From the NCBI RefSeq assembly GCF_035594765.1, contig NW_026943821.1, forward strand, positions 17,577,608-17,641,607: 64,000 nucleotides of DNA, given 5' to 3'. The notes beneath the pieces are model-generated. The model was not told where the DNA came from. It searched no databases and was given only the letters and a program-made list of their open reading frames with translations. Made by a program: the position numbers and the translations under genes. Source of the DNA: Anolis carolinensis. Its lineage: Eukaryota. Of this stretch, positions 1 to 14,175 are shown one piece after another. Every line of letters begins with the position of its first letter. The first letter of the stretch is position 1.

Positions 1-545
1 CTCCTCCCGCCCAATCCTCCCCTCCCTCCCTTTTCCGGGCGCGGCGGGTAGAGCCAGGCTCCCTCCCTCAGGCCCCGCCCCAGGCCAGCTTCGCCTCAGC
101 CGCGGGACCCGCTCACCCCAACCCCCTCCCTCCCTCCCTCCCGGCCCCACCCTGATTCCTCCCCCCAAAAATCCTCCCCCCCCCCCCCGCCTGCCTTCTC
201 CATAGGCCCCGCTCGCCTTACTGATCTCACGTCCCTTTCCTCCCCTTCTCGCCTCCTTTTCTCCCACGGCCGCCTTTTTGGTGCCGGATTTGAGCAGCCC
301 CACCGTCATCCACCCGGCCCTTCTCTCCCCCAAAAGGGCGCTTTCGGAAATCCTGTGCCATCTTTATTATTATGTGCCTGGTCTTACATCCATCCCCGAG
401 CCTGAGCGCTCTAACTAACACATCCAGTCGTCGTCGTTTAACATATTGCAGAATGGAGCGAGGAGGGGGGTGGGTGGGTTTTTTTCTCCCCTTTTTTCTC
501 GCATCTACCTCTTTTCTTGGGCATTTGTGGCGCGCGGATGTCTCG
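1..545 (+). promoter_or_regulatory. CpG island / GC-box-rich region at the presumed main (exon 1A) promoter or first intron of DYRK1B
   Basis: Very GC- and CpG-rich against an AT-rich background. Multiple CCCGCCC/CCCCGCCCC Sp1-type boxes and long C-tracts. The nearest downstream + strand gene is DYRK1B. The TSS cannot be placed and may lie upstream of the window. Confidence 0.6.
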
Positions 546-640
546 ATTTGAGCTAATCATGCCTGCCTATTGGTAAAGGTTTTCACTCCAGGTGTATTTT
601 TTTTTGCCTCAAAAATGTAGAGAAGCAGGTAATAAATGTA

Positions 641-942
641 CAGTAGAGGCTCGCTTATCCAACGTAAACGGCAGAACGTTGGATAAGCGAATATGTTGGA
701 TAATAAGGAGAGATTAAGGAAAAGCCTATTAAAAATCAAATTAGGTTATGATTTTACAAAGTAAGCATCAAAACGTCATGTTATACAACAAATTTGACAG
801 AAAAAGTAGTTCAATACACAATGATGCTATGTAGTAATTACTGGATTTACGAATTTAGTACCAAAATATCACAATGTATTGAAAACATTGAGTACAAAAA
901 TGTGTTGGATAATCAGAACGTTGGATAAGTGAGACTCTACTG
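641..942. mobile_element. Tc1/mariner-pogo (Tigger-like) MITE
   Basis: TIRs CAGTAGAG(G/T)CTC(G/A)CTTATCCAAC ... GTTGGATAAGTGAGACTCTACTG with TA on both sides. The same family recurs at 54280 and 57294. Confidence 0.8.
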
Positions 943-965
943 TATTATTATTATCCAAATCCACT

Positions 966-1560
966 TAATAATAATAATAACTTTATTTTTATACCCCGCC
1001 ACCATCTCCCTGAAGGGACTCAAGACAGTTTACATACTGAACCAAGCCCAAAGCATACAACAAGATTGCCAACTGAAATACAGTTAAAAACATAGTAACG
1101 TATAACAGACTAATTAAGCAATTAAATCAGCAGGTATAAAACATCATTAAAATGTATCAAAACCAAACCTCAAAAGCCAGTAACCAGGAATATCCCATTC
1201 TGATCATTGTTTCGCCATTTGGCCTGGCTAGCCATTCTGCTAAGTTTTGTGTTTAAAATCCCCCAGTCTACTATTATTTATTTACTTCTATATTTATATA
1301 CCGCCTTTCTCACCCCTGCGAAGGGGGGATGGGATGACTCAAGGCGGTTTACACCATATTAATGGCAGAAATTCAGTGCCAACATACATCTAATAGGGAA
1401 AAAATCATAATAACTAAACACTAACATATAGCTATAAATTAAAATCATTAAAAGCATTATACATATGCATATGTAACATTTAAACACTAAATCAAAGCAT
1501 TAAAACATCCTAATAGAAATGTTAAAACCACACAATCCAAAAATCGTATACTGTGGCCTA
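966..1560 (-). mobile_element. Two L2-type LINE/SINE 3' tails
   Basis: Reverse-strand tails (TTTATTT..TATACCCCGCC..TCTCCC..GGGACTCAAGG) at ~980 and ~1280 match the + strand tails at 58470-58530 and 61670-61740. Confidence 0.55.
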
Positions 1561-3204
1561 AACCAGTAAATAAATTTGGCCTCAGCCTGCACATTATTTG
1601 TGAAGGGTTCTATATGTGAATATATCTTTTGTGCAAACCTTAAAAAAATTCACAGGGAGCCAAGTCAATCCTTTTCCCATTAAGTCACTGTGTTTATCTT
1701 CACCAGTCACATCGTGACCATTGAAATATTGTCGGGATGTAGAGATACATTTGGGTCCTTACTCATTCACCCTCCTTTTGCTGGAGAGAACTACTTAAAA
1801 TATATGTCACAAAGTGCCCGTTTTCTAATCTGGGCCATAATTGGTCTCTTCTCCCCAACCTATGTGAGGCCAAATGAATTCATAAATATTTACTACTTGC
1901 AGTTGAATGATAATTCTATGTAACATGGTTCTATTCTTTTTTTTAAAAAAAGAAATCTGATCTTTTTCTATTTTTTACAATAAATATATAAATGACATCA
2001 TGAATAATTTCAATAATAAGTTGAAAAGAGATTGCTGACATAGTAAGTACAGAAATTGTATTTATTTTAAGATGATGGTCACAGATTGATTGTAGAATCC
2101 TTGTTCCTTAATGCTGTTGGTGACAAGAATTTAGCAGTATTTATAAATGAACTAAACATTGAAATCCTATTTATGTTTATACAAAAACAAGCTGTTGTAT
2201 TCAGTGGAACTCTCTCCTTGGTTGCTCTTCTATACCTATTTGCCATGGAAGTAAGCACCATATGACTCAGTGGGTCTTACTTTTGTGTGTGTGGTATTGT
2301 GATGTGTTTAAATTCACAATAATTGTAAATGATTCCCTATTCTCTGTGATCTGGTTAATTCTATTTAAAGCAGTTAGTTGCATTTGTAAGTGCAGCTTTT
2401 ATGGGGCAAATGCCCCAAGAAGTAATTTGTGTCTTGCCAAATTGGTTCCTGCCAAATGTAAACTTTATGTAAACTGAGGTTACCTTTATCACTGCAGAGA
2501 TGTTCTGCAGCTGACTGTATATATTCCTGATACCTGTTGCAATTTTTTAAAATAAAATAACCTAAGTTGTACTTAGTATATTTCTTTACAATTAAGTTCT
2601 GAGAACCTTTAAAATTATTAATCAACCATTAGTAATAGATGCTTGTGTGTGTTGGCTCAAATGTGGCTTGTAGTGCTTCAAGTGGATGGCCTGTTACTTT
2701 CTTTGTACAGTAGATTCTCAGTTAAACGAAACTCAGTTAAGTAACCAGCAAAAATTTGAAGAGATAATACTTTAAAGTTAAATTCAGCTTTGTCCTGATT
2801 AGCTTTTAATTACTTATTTCAATATCAAGTCAATACAGAGTTTATTGGGATGATATTGTATAAGGTATAATAGTAGGCCTATTTTAAAAGTCACTCTCAA
2901 GCACTCAAAAATTACAGCTTCAAATGCTATTATTGATAAGAATGTTTTGAGTTGTTTTATCCCATTTCTAAAGACTTCTGTTGAATTTGAGATGGGCCTA
3001 GATTTTCCTTAACTAGCTTTGGCCTTAATCATGAAGAATCTGTGGTGAAGACTTGTTTTTGCAGAAGTCAGGACTGCTAGAAATCATTTTTGAGTACATT
3101 GGTATATTTTCACAAATTGAAGCACACTTTTAAGAAATTAAAGAATAGATAATGCACTTGTCTGGATTCCTTTTGCTTGGTCACTGGTTATTAGTTATGG
3201 TCTT

Positions 3205-3354
3205 AGGCCCCTTCCACACAGCTGAATCAAATCCCTCATTTTCTGCTTTGTACTTGAATATATGGCAGTGTGGATTCAGATAACCCAGTTCAAAGCAGAT
3301 ATTGTGGGATTTTCTGCCTTGATATTCTGGGTTATTTGGCTGTGTGGAAGGGCT
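3205..3354. mobile_element. Short MITE, probably PIF/Harbinger-like
   Basis: TIRs GGCCCCTTCCACACAGC ... GCTGTGTGGAAGGGC in a TTA/TAG context. Confidence 0.6.
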
Positions 3355-4525
3355 TAGAGTTATGGCTTATTGAGCTTTAATGTAACGTGTGTCTGAATTT
3401 CCACTACCATCTTAAAGTCGGGAGTACTTTTTTCCTCATAGCCCAGTGCATCATGAAAAAGAAAAGGCAACTGAAGCTTGTCAAATAATTGTGCTTTGCA
3501 AAGTGAGCCAAGATGAGGAGGTTCTTGGGAATATTGAAAGAGGGCAGTAGATCAACTTTTTCATGATCCTGTAGTCAAGAGAGGAGCTAGGATCTTCAGT
3601 TCCTTCTTAGGATTCAATTACAGCCCTAGAGGCATCAAGGATAAAATATGGGCTGGATGAGGGTGAGTGCTGCTATCATTTCCAAAATGCCTAGATAAAA
3701 AAATAGTTCATTAGGGATATTTGAGTGTGTTATCTAAGTTGTTTGTTTCCTTGTCATTCCAAAGTCATTACATCTTTGGTAAAAGGTCAAGAAATCTTTA
3801 ACTAATGACTAGAAAGAAATTGTCACAGGGAACGTACCAAGGCTACTATGTTACAAGCATTTCCTGTGGTTGCCTACAGAGACCATGAAACCTGCCAATA
3901 AACTTGTTGATGAACATGATCTCTGTAGATAAGGATCAAAACATTATTTCATGGTAGAATTGGATGATTTCATAAAACAGTGTAGTATTTATTTATTTGG
4001 AGTATTTATATCCTGCTTTAGAGCAAAAAAAAGCTTCCAAAGTTGCGTACAAACTTGACAAATTTGCTAATTTGACATTTCCTCACCTGTTAAAAAATCT
4101 GTTCAAAGTTGGAGGTGACCTCAAAGAAAGGGGTAAGATCTTTCAGTCTTAACCATACACACAAATACTATGAGCGTAATTGTGTGATTATTAAAGAGAT
4201 CTCTCCTGAATAAGGGCAAATCTGTTAACAAAAATGCACAAGATAGTGATGATATATTTCAAATGTTCAAAAATAGCACCTCATTCCTCCCTCACCAGAT
4301 GGGATGATCCAATTTAGGGTCAATCTATGCAGGCCAGATTACAGTATGTCACTAGCTAAGAGCAGGTGTACTGCAAAAAGTGCCTGTAAGTGTATCTAAT
4401 TAACGTGATTCAAACAAGCAACCAAAAAAGTGCTACACATTCATATTGGTTTTTCAAAATGAATTTTTAATGTGAAAAACCTGTCATCGGATGCACATTT
4501 CTCCCGAAATTCCATCTCTTTACTG

Positions 4526-4658
4526 CAATGGTTCTCAACCTGGGGTCCCCAGATGTTGTTGGCCTACAACTCCCAGAAATCACAGCCAGTTTACCAGCTG
4601 TTAGGATTTCTGGGAGTTAAAGACCAAAAACCTGTGAACCCCAGGTTGAGAACCATTT
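4526..4658. mobile_element. hAT (Charlie/Buster-type) MITE
   Basis: TIR CAATGGTTCTCAACC / GGTTGAGAACCATTT. 8-bp TSD ctttactg/ctgtactg (7/8). A sister copy lies at 38191. Confidence 0.8.
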
Positions 4659-5284
4659 CTGTACTGCCAAAGGTTAACATGACTTTTCTTCTGAATAAAT
4701 GGCACAATTGCTGGCCACCAGAATGGCATGGCATAGCCTCTGAAACACCAGTATCCTCTAATGACTCCTGTGAGATGTGGCTGAGATATAGCTACCCATG
4801 TTGTAATTGAACACCAGTTAAATTATTAGTACAGTAGAGTTGAAACAACTTGGAAGAGGAACATGGAATTGCCAGTGCCAATGTTTAACTTCCACAAAGA
4901 AGCTGAATGTACATGTAAATTCCAAATGTGTCTGGGACAGACATCTTGTGTCTGAGAAATGGCTTGTCCACCTCAGACATGTTTTCATAGGTGTTTGTTT
5001 ACACCTATGTATAACCTGGTATTGGATCTTGCCAGAAAGGAAGTTTCCTATATCTCTTAGGATTGTGTCAGAATTTCTGGAGAACTCAATAGATACTTTT
5101 CATGAATAGCTTGGTAGGCTATCTTGTTTTTCCTAGATGTTTACAAAATATACACTTGCTAGCTCTCTATCCCATTCCCTCCCTGTGTGTACATTTGTTC
5201 TCTGTCATTTTGAGCCCCTGTTTTCTATAATTTAAGAATTTTTAATAATTTAATTATGCTCTAGTTAGTTTATGCAAGTTCATG

Positions 5285-5445
5285 TACACTTTTAAGTAGG
5301 GTTTTCTTAGGCAAGGAATACGTGAAGTTAGTTTTAACAGTTCCTCTGAAATATAGCCCACAGCACCTGTCATTTATTGGTGGTCCCCCATCTAAGTGCT
5401 AATCAGGATTGACCCTGCTTAGCTCCCAAAATGAGTTAAGATCTA
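5285..5445 (-). mobile_element. 5S rRNA-derived SINE/chimera (5S-Sauria-like), degenerate
   Basis: 5355-5444 aligns by eye with the reverse complement of vertebrate 5S rRNA (AGCCTACAGCACCCGG..GGTCTCCCATCCAAGTACTAACCAGG..GACCCTGCTTAGCTTCC..GAGATC) with many substitutions. It is joined to a non-5S tail. Confidence 0.6.
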
Positions 5446-8400
5446 ATACCTTTAGTATATTGAGACCCTACTCTTGTTGATAGTGTGGCATAAATAACTT
5501 ATTTGGCAGACTAGGCAGCAAATCAATTTCTCTACATACATAAAAACAGCCATTACTAGTAAAAAGAATATTATCCCTTATTTTGATTCTCCATGTATGA
5601 ACAGGAAGTCAACAATGCACATGGGTGACTGTGTGGTATATTGGGACTTAGGAATATAAATGAACCCAATAAAAATATTGTGCAGTTCTATCCTTGATTT
5701 ATGAGGTAGTCCTCTTTAGGGTATAATTGGCTAAACCTTTTCCAAACAGTTTGGATAATTAGTTCTTACCAAAAAAAAATCCTCTCCTTTTGCCCTGAAA
5801 GGTGGTGATTGTGGGGAAAAGATTAGTTTTTATGTGTATTTTGACTTGTCAGAACCTGGAGAAATTACTAGCTTATATTACTTTGTTGGCCTACATTAGT
5901 TGGGTAGGATGTTTCTAAACAACTTTCCATTAATTAGTGTTCTTGGGTAAAGCACTGCAATTGTCTTAGAAATTATAACAGTCATATAACCCCTATGGAG
6001 ACCAGTCAAATCTTTTTGCTCAACACTTCTTTCAATTCCCAATGCTTTATGTCTTATATAATATTTTCTTATTCTGATTAAATGCTTCCTTTTATTATTT
6101 TCTTAACACTTAAGTCAATTCATGCCAAGGACAATAAACATAATGTGAGTGCATTTGCTTTTGATCAGGAGAAGAATAGACATGTTAGTAGAAAGGTTGA
6201 TGGTCTTGTTTTATTGGTCTTTGGGGACTACAGTGCATGAGGGGATCAGGAATATAATTTCAATGAATTTGTAGTCTGCTGCCTGTCCTCATTTATGGCT
6301 TTTCAGATCTTGCATGTTAACGTAGAGGTAGATGGATACCAAATTGCCCTGGCAGCACATCTCATTGTTTCATTCCTGGTTCAAAATATTTGAAAATTGA
6401 ATATTGTAATGTAGAAGAAGGATGGGTCTTCTATTGTGTTACCAATTTCTAAACTTAAGATGCTGTATAATTTTATGTGATTCATAATAATAATAATAAA
6501 TCACTCAATCAGATTATTTAAGCTCAAAATTTCACAGTATCTTAAATGCAGAACAGATGAAAATGTAACAGTATTAACTCTGTATTAATAATCAGTACAG
6601 TTTTGTATACTGATTTTGGAATTTATATTTAAACAGGAGGCCATTACAATTTTTTTCAAACAGCCAGAAAATTTGATGATTCTCCCCGTTTTGCTTGATG
6701 GTTGGTTATCCTGACTCAAAGTAGAAGTTGGGAGAGGGGGCATGTAAGCCATCCCTAAATATATTAGTCCAGTGTTCTGTAACTTACAAACAGGGTAAAA
6801 TAGTTAGAATCCTCTAGTCAGAAAGAGATAGCCAATGTGAATGTGGAATAAATGTGAATGGGAATAAGGTTTAACCATTCAGTTATATTAGAACTGAAGA
6901 GTGCCAAATATCACTTAAGTATGCATTTTACCATAACATTGGCCTGTGGGGTTTACTGGCAGCAAACATACTGGTGGTCAGTAGCTATGTTTGTAGATAA
7001 TAATAAAAATTAAGCAAATTCATGGAAGAACAGAATTTCAGTAGTAGAAGTGCCAAAAGCTGCAGGAGGACAGAGGAAAATGGCGTACTCGATTTGAACT
7101 ATTAAAGGATATTATCTATGTTTTGGTGGCATGATTAGCCATGGCTTATTTGACAGCATTAATCCTATGAGGGTATTGGGTTCACTTATTCCTAGTTTCC
7201 CCTTTGGTGCACTTTGGAGGAGGACATACAAGCTTTTGTTTTAGTTTTACATTAGCAGTAGCCCATGGTACCATTTTTAAAAACCCAGAAATCTCTGGCC
7301 TTACCAGATGGGGAAGGAGAGGCACATGCAAGACTAGTATTCACAGAAGTTCCCATCATCATAAACTTGAATTTATCTTTGTGTTTGTAAGCATTTTGGC
7401 ATCTAAATCTGGCCACTGTTGAAAGGATACTTGAGTGCTGGACATTTAGTTTGATTCTGCATAGCTTATTTATTCAAGAGCACTACAATGGGCGGGGATG
7501 GGGTGGGAGTTTTCAATACCAAAACATGACTAGTAGGTTGATCTGTGTTAACATATTACTTCCATATCTGCTACATACACTTCTTTTCTATAGTCAAATG
7601 CATTTGATACATGAAATTTCCATGTACACCATTCAGCAGGAAAAGCAGGCAGTAATTCTGAGTTGAAATATTTTCAGTTATACTTTTTGTTGCTACATGA
7701 TATCCCTGTGTCCAGGAACGCAACATTAATCTTGATTCATTGAAAAAATAATTCCTGTGCTCTCAGACAGATCCTGAACTCTGTGGTGATTACAGACTTA
7801 GCAATGTGGGTAACAGTGCCCTGAATCATTTCTGTATCTTTGTCCTGGACTCTGACTCAGACATATGTCTTCCAAACTTAATGGAAAATTTGCTTCCAAT
7901 AATTGTGCTCATGATTTCAACATTAAGCTGCTATCATAGGCAGAGTTTGAAGTATGTTTTGTTTTGTTTTTTACTTGAAGCTTTGCATGTTGACCTTCTA
8001 CCATCATGATTTGACAGTGTCATTGAGATGTTGTTCAGATTCCATGTATTTTCATGACAGGTGCAGGTGTCCCCCCATACAGTATCAGTGTAAGGCAGTA
8101 TGACTTTAGATTTGTTTCATGATGAATGATACATAATCATTTTAACTGCTTTAAAATTCTTTTAATTATGCTGACTGTTGGCTTCAGTGCTGTACATGTA
8201 TGGCCACTACATGTCTCCCCCCCCCCCCCCTCCCGATTGCCAGACCTGGTTTATGCCTCTAATCATTAAGTAGCAGCACGAAGCATGAGATAGTGACCTC
8301 CTTAAAGAAAGATGACATTTTGCCAGTCAAGATGTTTTTGCGTGTTCAGTGTTTAAGGCAAAAGTATAGTCAGAAAGATCTCAGAATGGCACTGATTTGT

Positions 8401-10959
8401 GTGGCATTCTGTTATAATTCATATACATTTGTATTTTTCAGAAGAATGGTGAAATCCTCAGTATTCTTTCACATGACTTCATAGGCCCTTAGAATTTTCT
8501 ATAATGAACATTCGTTGTCGTAAATGTTCAGGCATTTATGAGAGGCATAATTAAGGTTTCACTTATTTTGAAACTTCTTATAATTTCATTCATGTCTTCA
8601 TATCAGTAATATTTTTATTCGGAAATACATTGTGGGTGGTAGGAGAAGAAAGGTTTTTTTTCTTTTTCTTCAAATAAATACAGTCTTGATTTAAATAAAA
8701 ATGTGGCTGAAAATTCACTCCTGTGTCATTTTGGCCAACATCTCAAGTCCATGGGATAGAGAATGGTGTTCCTAATTGTTCATTGGAGCAACACAGCTGA
8801 GTTATGGTTAGAAGAGTTTTTAACGCGATATTTTTATCTGCAAAAGCTTCTTTTAACCCTCAGAACTGCAGCAGTGCACCTCTGCTGAGAAGGAAACTAG
8901 GTGCATTCTGGCTGGCACAAGAGGAAGCAAGCTCAGTTAGGACTCTGTGGTCAAGCCAGGCAGCCTTGCCTATTCCATTGAAGGATGGAAGCAGATATGA
9001 AATTCAACTCAAACGCCTCCTGAGATTCTGGACAGGGGGAGAATTTTATACCCAGCTGGCTCTGAGAGTCACCGAGCAGGAGAGATCACGGCTACGGTGA
9101 GTGGCTGTGGCATCGTGCCAACACCATGAGCTCTGTTGTTGCTGGGTCTCCCTTTGCAGGTTATTTCTAGCCCCTGTTCCTGGAAGGAGAGCCAGTTCTT
9201 TACCGAGGTATTTTTGGAGACTCTCGCCTTCTCCTCTTTCTTGCTTTGTTTGGGCATAATCAGCCCATTGCATCCCGGAGAACCTAGCAACACTGCCTGG
9301 CTTCCCATTGGCTCGCCGGCAGCTCCAGTTCTCCAATGAGAAGCTTGTTGCCATGGCAGAGACACCACTGCACAGAAGCGAGTGAAGAGGCGGGGATTGA
9401 ATTTGCAGCCTGGTGGAAATCTGCAGGGCAGAACAGGGACCAAGCAGAGGGTTAATGTGTAGCCTGTGGCCTGGAAGCGGAGTGCAGGCTTGGCCCTGTG
9501 CCAGTGACGTATAATACCAGGGTGGGCTGACAGAATGAAACTCCCCTAAGTAGCCCTGCATGCTTGGAAATACAGTATCTTGGCTATTTTTTTTTCTGCA
9601 AAGAGAGCAAAGTAGCTTGCTTCTCTTTCTTAACCCCTCCCCAATCTGCCCCCCCCCCCTTTGCAGAACAAGGAATTGCTTTGGCAAGGGACACATGCAG
9701 TCTCAAAATGCTGGATATGCATTCTCCTTGCGTAAGGACCAGGCGTTTGTTACTGTACAGTTCAACTGGAATCCATTGCAGCAGCAGAGCTGGCAATGCT
9801 GACATGTTCAGAAATCATGGTTCAGCCCATGAAAGTCTGAAATGGTGAGTTGGGGTTCTTTTGGCCTTAGTACTTAGTGTACATTGCTGTTGCTTGGTTC
9901 CTTTTGGCATCCACTTCCTCTTGTGTCATTATATCATTGCTTGTTCTGGTACTGTTTTCTTTTTTAAATTAGTTATCCCTTTGGGAAAGTGTTTGTAGGG
10001 ATCCTAGTGATTAAAATTATTTCCTTTGTTGCATGAATTCAGTTGTGATAGATTCCAAAAGCTGGCCCAGTTAATTCTCTTTGGTCTTCTCCTCACGCTT
10101 CCTTAGTAGGCCTGGTTGATGGACCTAGCGCTAACACATACCTGCATTGGTCAGCATCATATTGCTTCATAGAATACTTTTCGTTTTAATCAGATTGTCA
10201 CCAGGCTTTTGTCCATCCCCTTCTGGAATTATAATAGCAAAAAAAAAAACCCCAAAAAAAACCCTTAGACAGAAGGCCAAACATAGCTTTGATATAGGAT
10301 TTAACAGCCACCTGCCCAGTGTAGCCAATCATAGAGATGCAAGCAAAGGGTACCCGTAGAAGACTGGACAGGACTATTGTGGTAGGTTCCTAACTGACAA
10401 AGCTACTAAAAAGGGAAGTCAGCTAATGGACAGTGAACAAGGGTTGTGAGTCCTTGGGAGACCAGGATGTTGACATGGGGCTTGGGCATCTTCTCGTCTG
10501 TGTCCAACAAGAAAAGGCGGTGACATTTTTGGCTCTCCTGAAGAGATGTGGACCTCATCCCTACTGGTGAGTGTGTAAGCAGGAAAATGTGCCATAATAA
10601 GAAAACATCTTTTAAATTGTATTTCTAAGAACATAGTCTTGTATCGGTGTTTCTTGTTTTTCCCAACTTAGTATTACTTTCTTGAATTATCTTGAGTTCA
10701 CGTCTTGCTCTAAACCCTTTTGGAATATACCAGTGGTCCAAGAAAGGCAATGGAAATCACCCAGACTGATAGCTGACTGGAATTTAATAAGCAATTAGAG
10801 AGCTTTTGTGTTCTGGTCAAACTTCAGGTTTCTAGCATTGCAGGATCAGCTCATATTTGAGTTACAGTGCAGAAATTTCATTACATTACATTTGTTATAG
10901 ATCTAGAATTCTAGATCTAGGTGGAAGTTATAGGTCTAGAGTTTGTTATAGAGCGGAAA

Positions 10960-13064
10960 GGAGAGGTCAAGATATGCATTCTAAACTTTAAGAAAAATGG
11001 CTTCAGTAAACTTAAGGAAAACTGAATGTGATCCTGTGGTCAGGAGTATAAAAAGAGAAAGAAATTCACGATTGATGGGAGTTTTTGAAAAGCAAGATAT
11101 TGGAAGCACAATTTTACACAGTTCCAATGAGGAGGAAAAACAGGAGATGTCTAAAGAAAACAGAATGAATGTCTTAAGGAACTTGCAACTAAACTAAGAT
11201 TTAAAGGGGACGTGAACAAGAAATGGAAAAAGAGAAAAATAATCAAAGAAGAATTAAAACAAATAGACAACATGTATTGGTAGCAAGTAAGAAGAACCAA
11301 ATCACAGAATGAGCCCAGGCTTGCTAAAGAGGTCAAAAGCAATAAAAGGGGCTTTTCATGTCCCTAGCAAAAGGAAAAACAAGGAAATAGTAGGGCTGTT
11401 GCATACAGGTGATGGTAAAATGCTGTCAAGGGACAGAGAAAAGGCAGAACTACTCAGCATCTTTTTTGCCTCAGTCTTCTCCCAAAAATTTAACAGTGCT
11501 CAATTTGGGGATAATAGAGCAGATAATTCCATAGGAGAAATGCAGAATAGATGAAGAAGCAGCACAGGGATATCTGGCTAATAATCTAAATGAATTCAAG
11601 TCTCCAGGGTGTGATGAATTACATCCAAAGGTATTAAGAGAACAAGCAGAAGTCATTCTAGAACCTCTGCCAATCCTCTTTTAGATATCTTGTAGAACAG
11701 GAGAAGTTCCAACAGACTGGAGGGAGGCAAGTGTTGTCCTCATCTTCAAAAAGGGGGGGGGGGGGCTTAAACAATTACCACCCAGTCAGCCTGAAGTCAA
11801 TACCTGGAAAGATTCTAGAACAGATCATCAAACAGATAATCTGTAAGAATTTAGAAAGGAATGCCACTCACAAGGGTTTCTCAAAAACAAGTCTTGCCAT
11901 ACTAAACTGACCTCTTTTTTTATATAAAGTTACAAGCTTTGTAGATTTAGGGACTGCTGTGGATGTAGCATATCTTAATTTTAATTAGGCCTTTGACAAG
12001 CTCCTGCCTGATAATTCTCACAAAGAAACTACTAAAATGTGGACTCTAGAGAATGCTACTATTAGATGGATTTAGGGATTGGTTAACTGGCTAAACCCAA
12101 AAAGTTCTCCCTTTCGGTGGCTCCCCATCCTGAAGAGAAGTGACCAATGGAGTTCCAAAGGGTTCTGCCCTGGGCCCAGTGCTATTCAACATTTTTATCA
12201 ATGACTTGGATGATGGAATAGCAGGCATGCTTATCAAATTCTTAAATTACACTAAATTGGGAGGGTTAGCTGAGGCAGGATCAAAATTCACAATGACCTT
12301 AACAGATTAGAGAGCTGGGCCAAAACTTAAAAACAACAATAAGAAATGTGAGGTACTGTACCTAAGCAGAAAAAAAATTGAAATTGACAGATACAGGATG
12401 GGAGGCACTGACTTGAAAATAGCATGTGCAAAAGGGATTTAGGAGCTTGTTAGTAGACCAACATGAATCAACAGTGTGATGCAGCAGCCAAAAAAGCAAA
12501 TGTGATTCTAGGCTATCTCAATAAGAGTATAATGTTTAGATCGAGGGAAATCATATTACCACTTGCTTTGGTCATACATCTCCTAGAAAACTGTGCCCAG
12601 TTCTGAGCACCACAATTCAAGAAGGGTATTGACAAGCTAGAATGTGTCCAGAAAAGGGCAATCAAAATTATCAAAGGCTGGGAAGCCATGCTCTGTGGAG
12701 AAGGGCTGAGGCAGCTGGGTATGTTTATCTTGGAGAAAAGAAGGCTGAGATGGGGACATGATAGCCATGTTTAAATATTTGAAAGGATGTCACATTGAGG
12801 CAGAGGCAAGCTTGTCTTCTGCTGCTCTAGAGACCTGAAACAATAGATTCACATTTCAAGAAAAGAGATTTTATCTAAACATTAGAAGAATTTTCTGATG
12901 ATAAGAGCTGTTCAGCAGTAGAATATGCTGCCTCAAGGTCTTTTTCTCTGGAGGTTTTTAAACAGACAAGATGGGCATCTGCCGGGAGTGCTTTGATTGG
13001 GTATTCCTGCATGGCAAGGGATAGGAATGTATGGCTCTTGTGATCTCTTCCAACTCCCAATATT
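10960..13064 (+). mobile_element. CR1 LINE, 5'-truncated, degraded reverse transcriptase
   Basis: Frameshifted RT motifs KSPGCDELHPKVLRE (~11600), DVAYLNF*AFDK (~11960) and [19 protein letters not shown] (~12150). CR1-type 3' UTR ends TCTCTTCCAACTC. Confidence 0.9.
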
Positions 13065-13954
13065 GTCCTCAAACACTACACTTTGTGTAGCTTCCTAAGC
13101 TTGTTCAAACAGCACAAAAATATCCTGATTTCGAAAATCTTGTCTTCCCCAAATATCATATAGTTGCTCTTCAGGTGGAGCTATGAATTAACAAATGTGT
13201 TTTCCTTTCTTCCATGTTCACATCTTTTTTTTTAATCTCAATCTTTTGCCATTTTTGAAGAAATATGAAAAATTTGGTAAGGATAAACAAAAACAAATAG
13301 TACGAAATTCTCATTAAAGCTACATTGGTCAAATTCAATGGTACACTTATGGCAAGCATCAAGAAGACAATGTTGTATCTTGCTGTATTATTGTTAAACG
13401 ATGAAGAGTTTCTCAGGAAAAAAAAGGTGACAACCCTAGTTCTTTAATACATGCATGGTTGAATAAATATGAATTCTAAGATTTTAAAGAGCTAGGCACT
13501 TAACATTTGTCTTTTGCCTTGAATGGATGAATGATCTATTTTCATCCACATTCTGTTTTTTATCTCTGGTTCTTGTAATCTGAAAGTATTTGCAAATATG
13601 GAGCATTCTTATAGAATGTTCTTCAGTAAGTGAAGCTTCCTTCAGTACATAGATTATTCACATCATGACATAGTTTACCTCTTGTGCAGTGAGTGACTAT
13701 TTGTGTCATGGAACATTTCTTCTAAGTCCTGTCAGGAGTTGTGGCAAATCATCAGACTACTCCACCAAGGATAGTAACATTGCATTTGTGCAATCTGGTG
13801 AACAGACAGTCTTCTCCCAAGCAAAAGAAGACTTTTTACAAGATTCTTTAAGATATCACAGTCTAAATAGAAGGTTAAAACAACCAAATAGAGTTGAAAA
13901 AGGCTAAAAATCAGAAGTCTGTGCCTCCTTATTTGCATCCCTCAGTGGTCTCTC

Positions 13955-14175
13955 ACCATTCTAATCTGAAGTTTTCTGGCTATACTGTAAGAGCTATTCA
14001 ACAGTAGAACTCATTGCCTCGGGATGTGGTGAAAGGTCTTTCTTTGGAGGCTTTTAAACAGAGACTAGATGGTCATCTATCAGGGATACTTTGATTGTGC
14101 TTTTCTTGCATGGCAAGTGGATTAGTCTAGAACTAGATGCTCCATGTGGTCTTTTTCAACTTCTGTGATTCTGTA
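13955..14175 (+). mobile_element. CR1 3' fragment
   Basis: TTGGAGGCTTTTAAACAGAGACTAGATGG ... TTTTCAACTTCTGTGATTCTGT tail. Confidence 0.75.

Noticed and set aside
5355-5444. Functional 5S rRNA gene
   Set aside because: Single, truncated, heavily substituted and fused to a retroposon tail.
9046-9696. 216-aa minus-strand ORF
   Set aside because: No recognisable motifs or exon partners. It is explained by locally high GC content.
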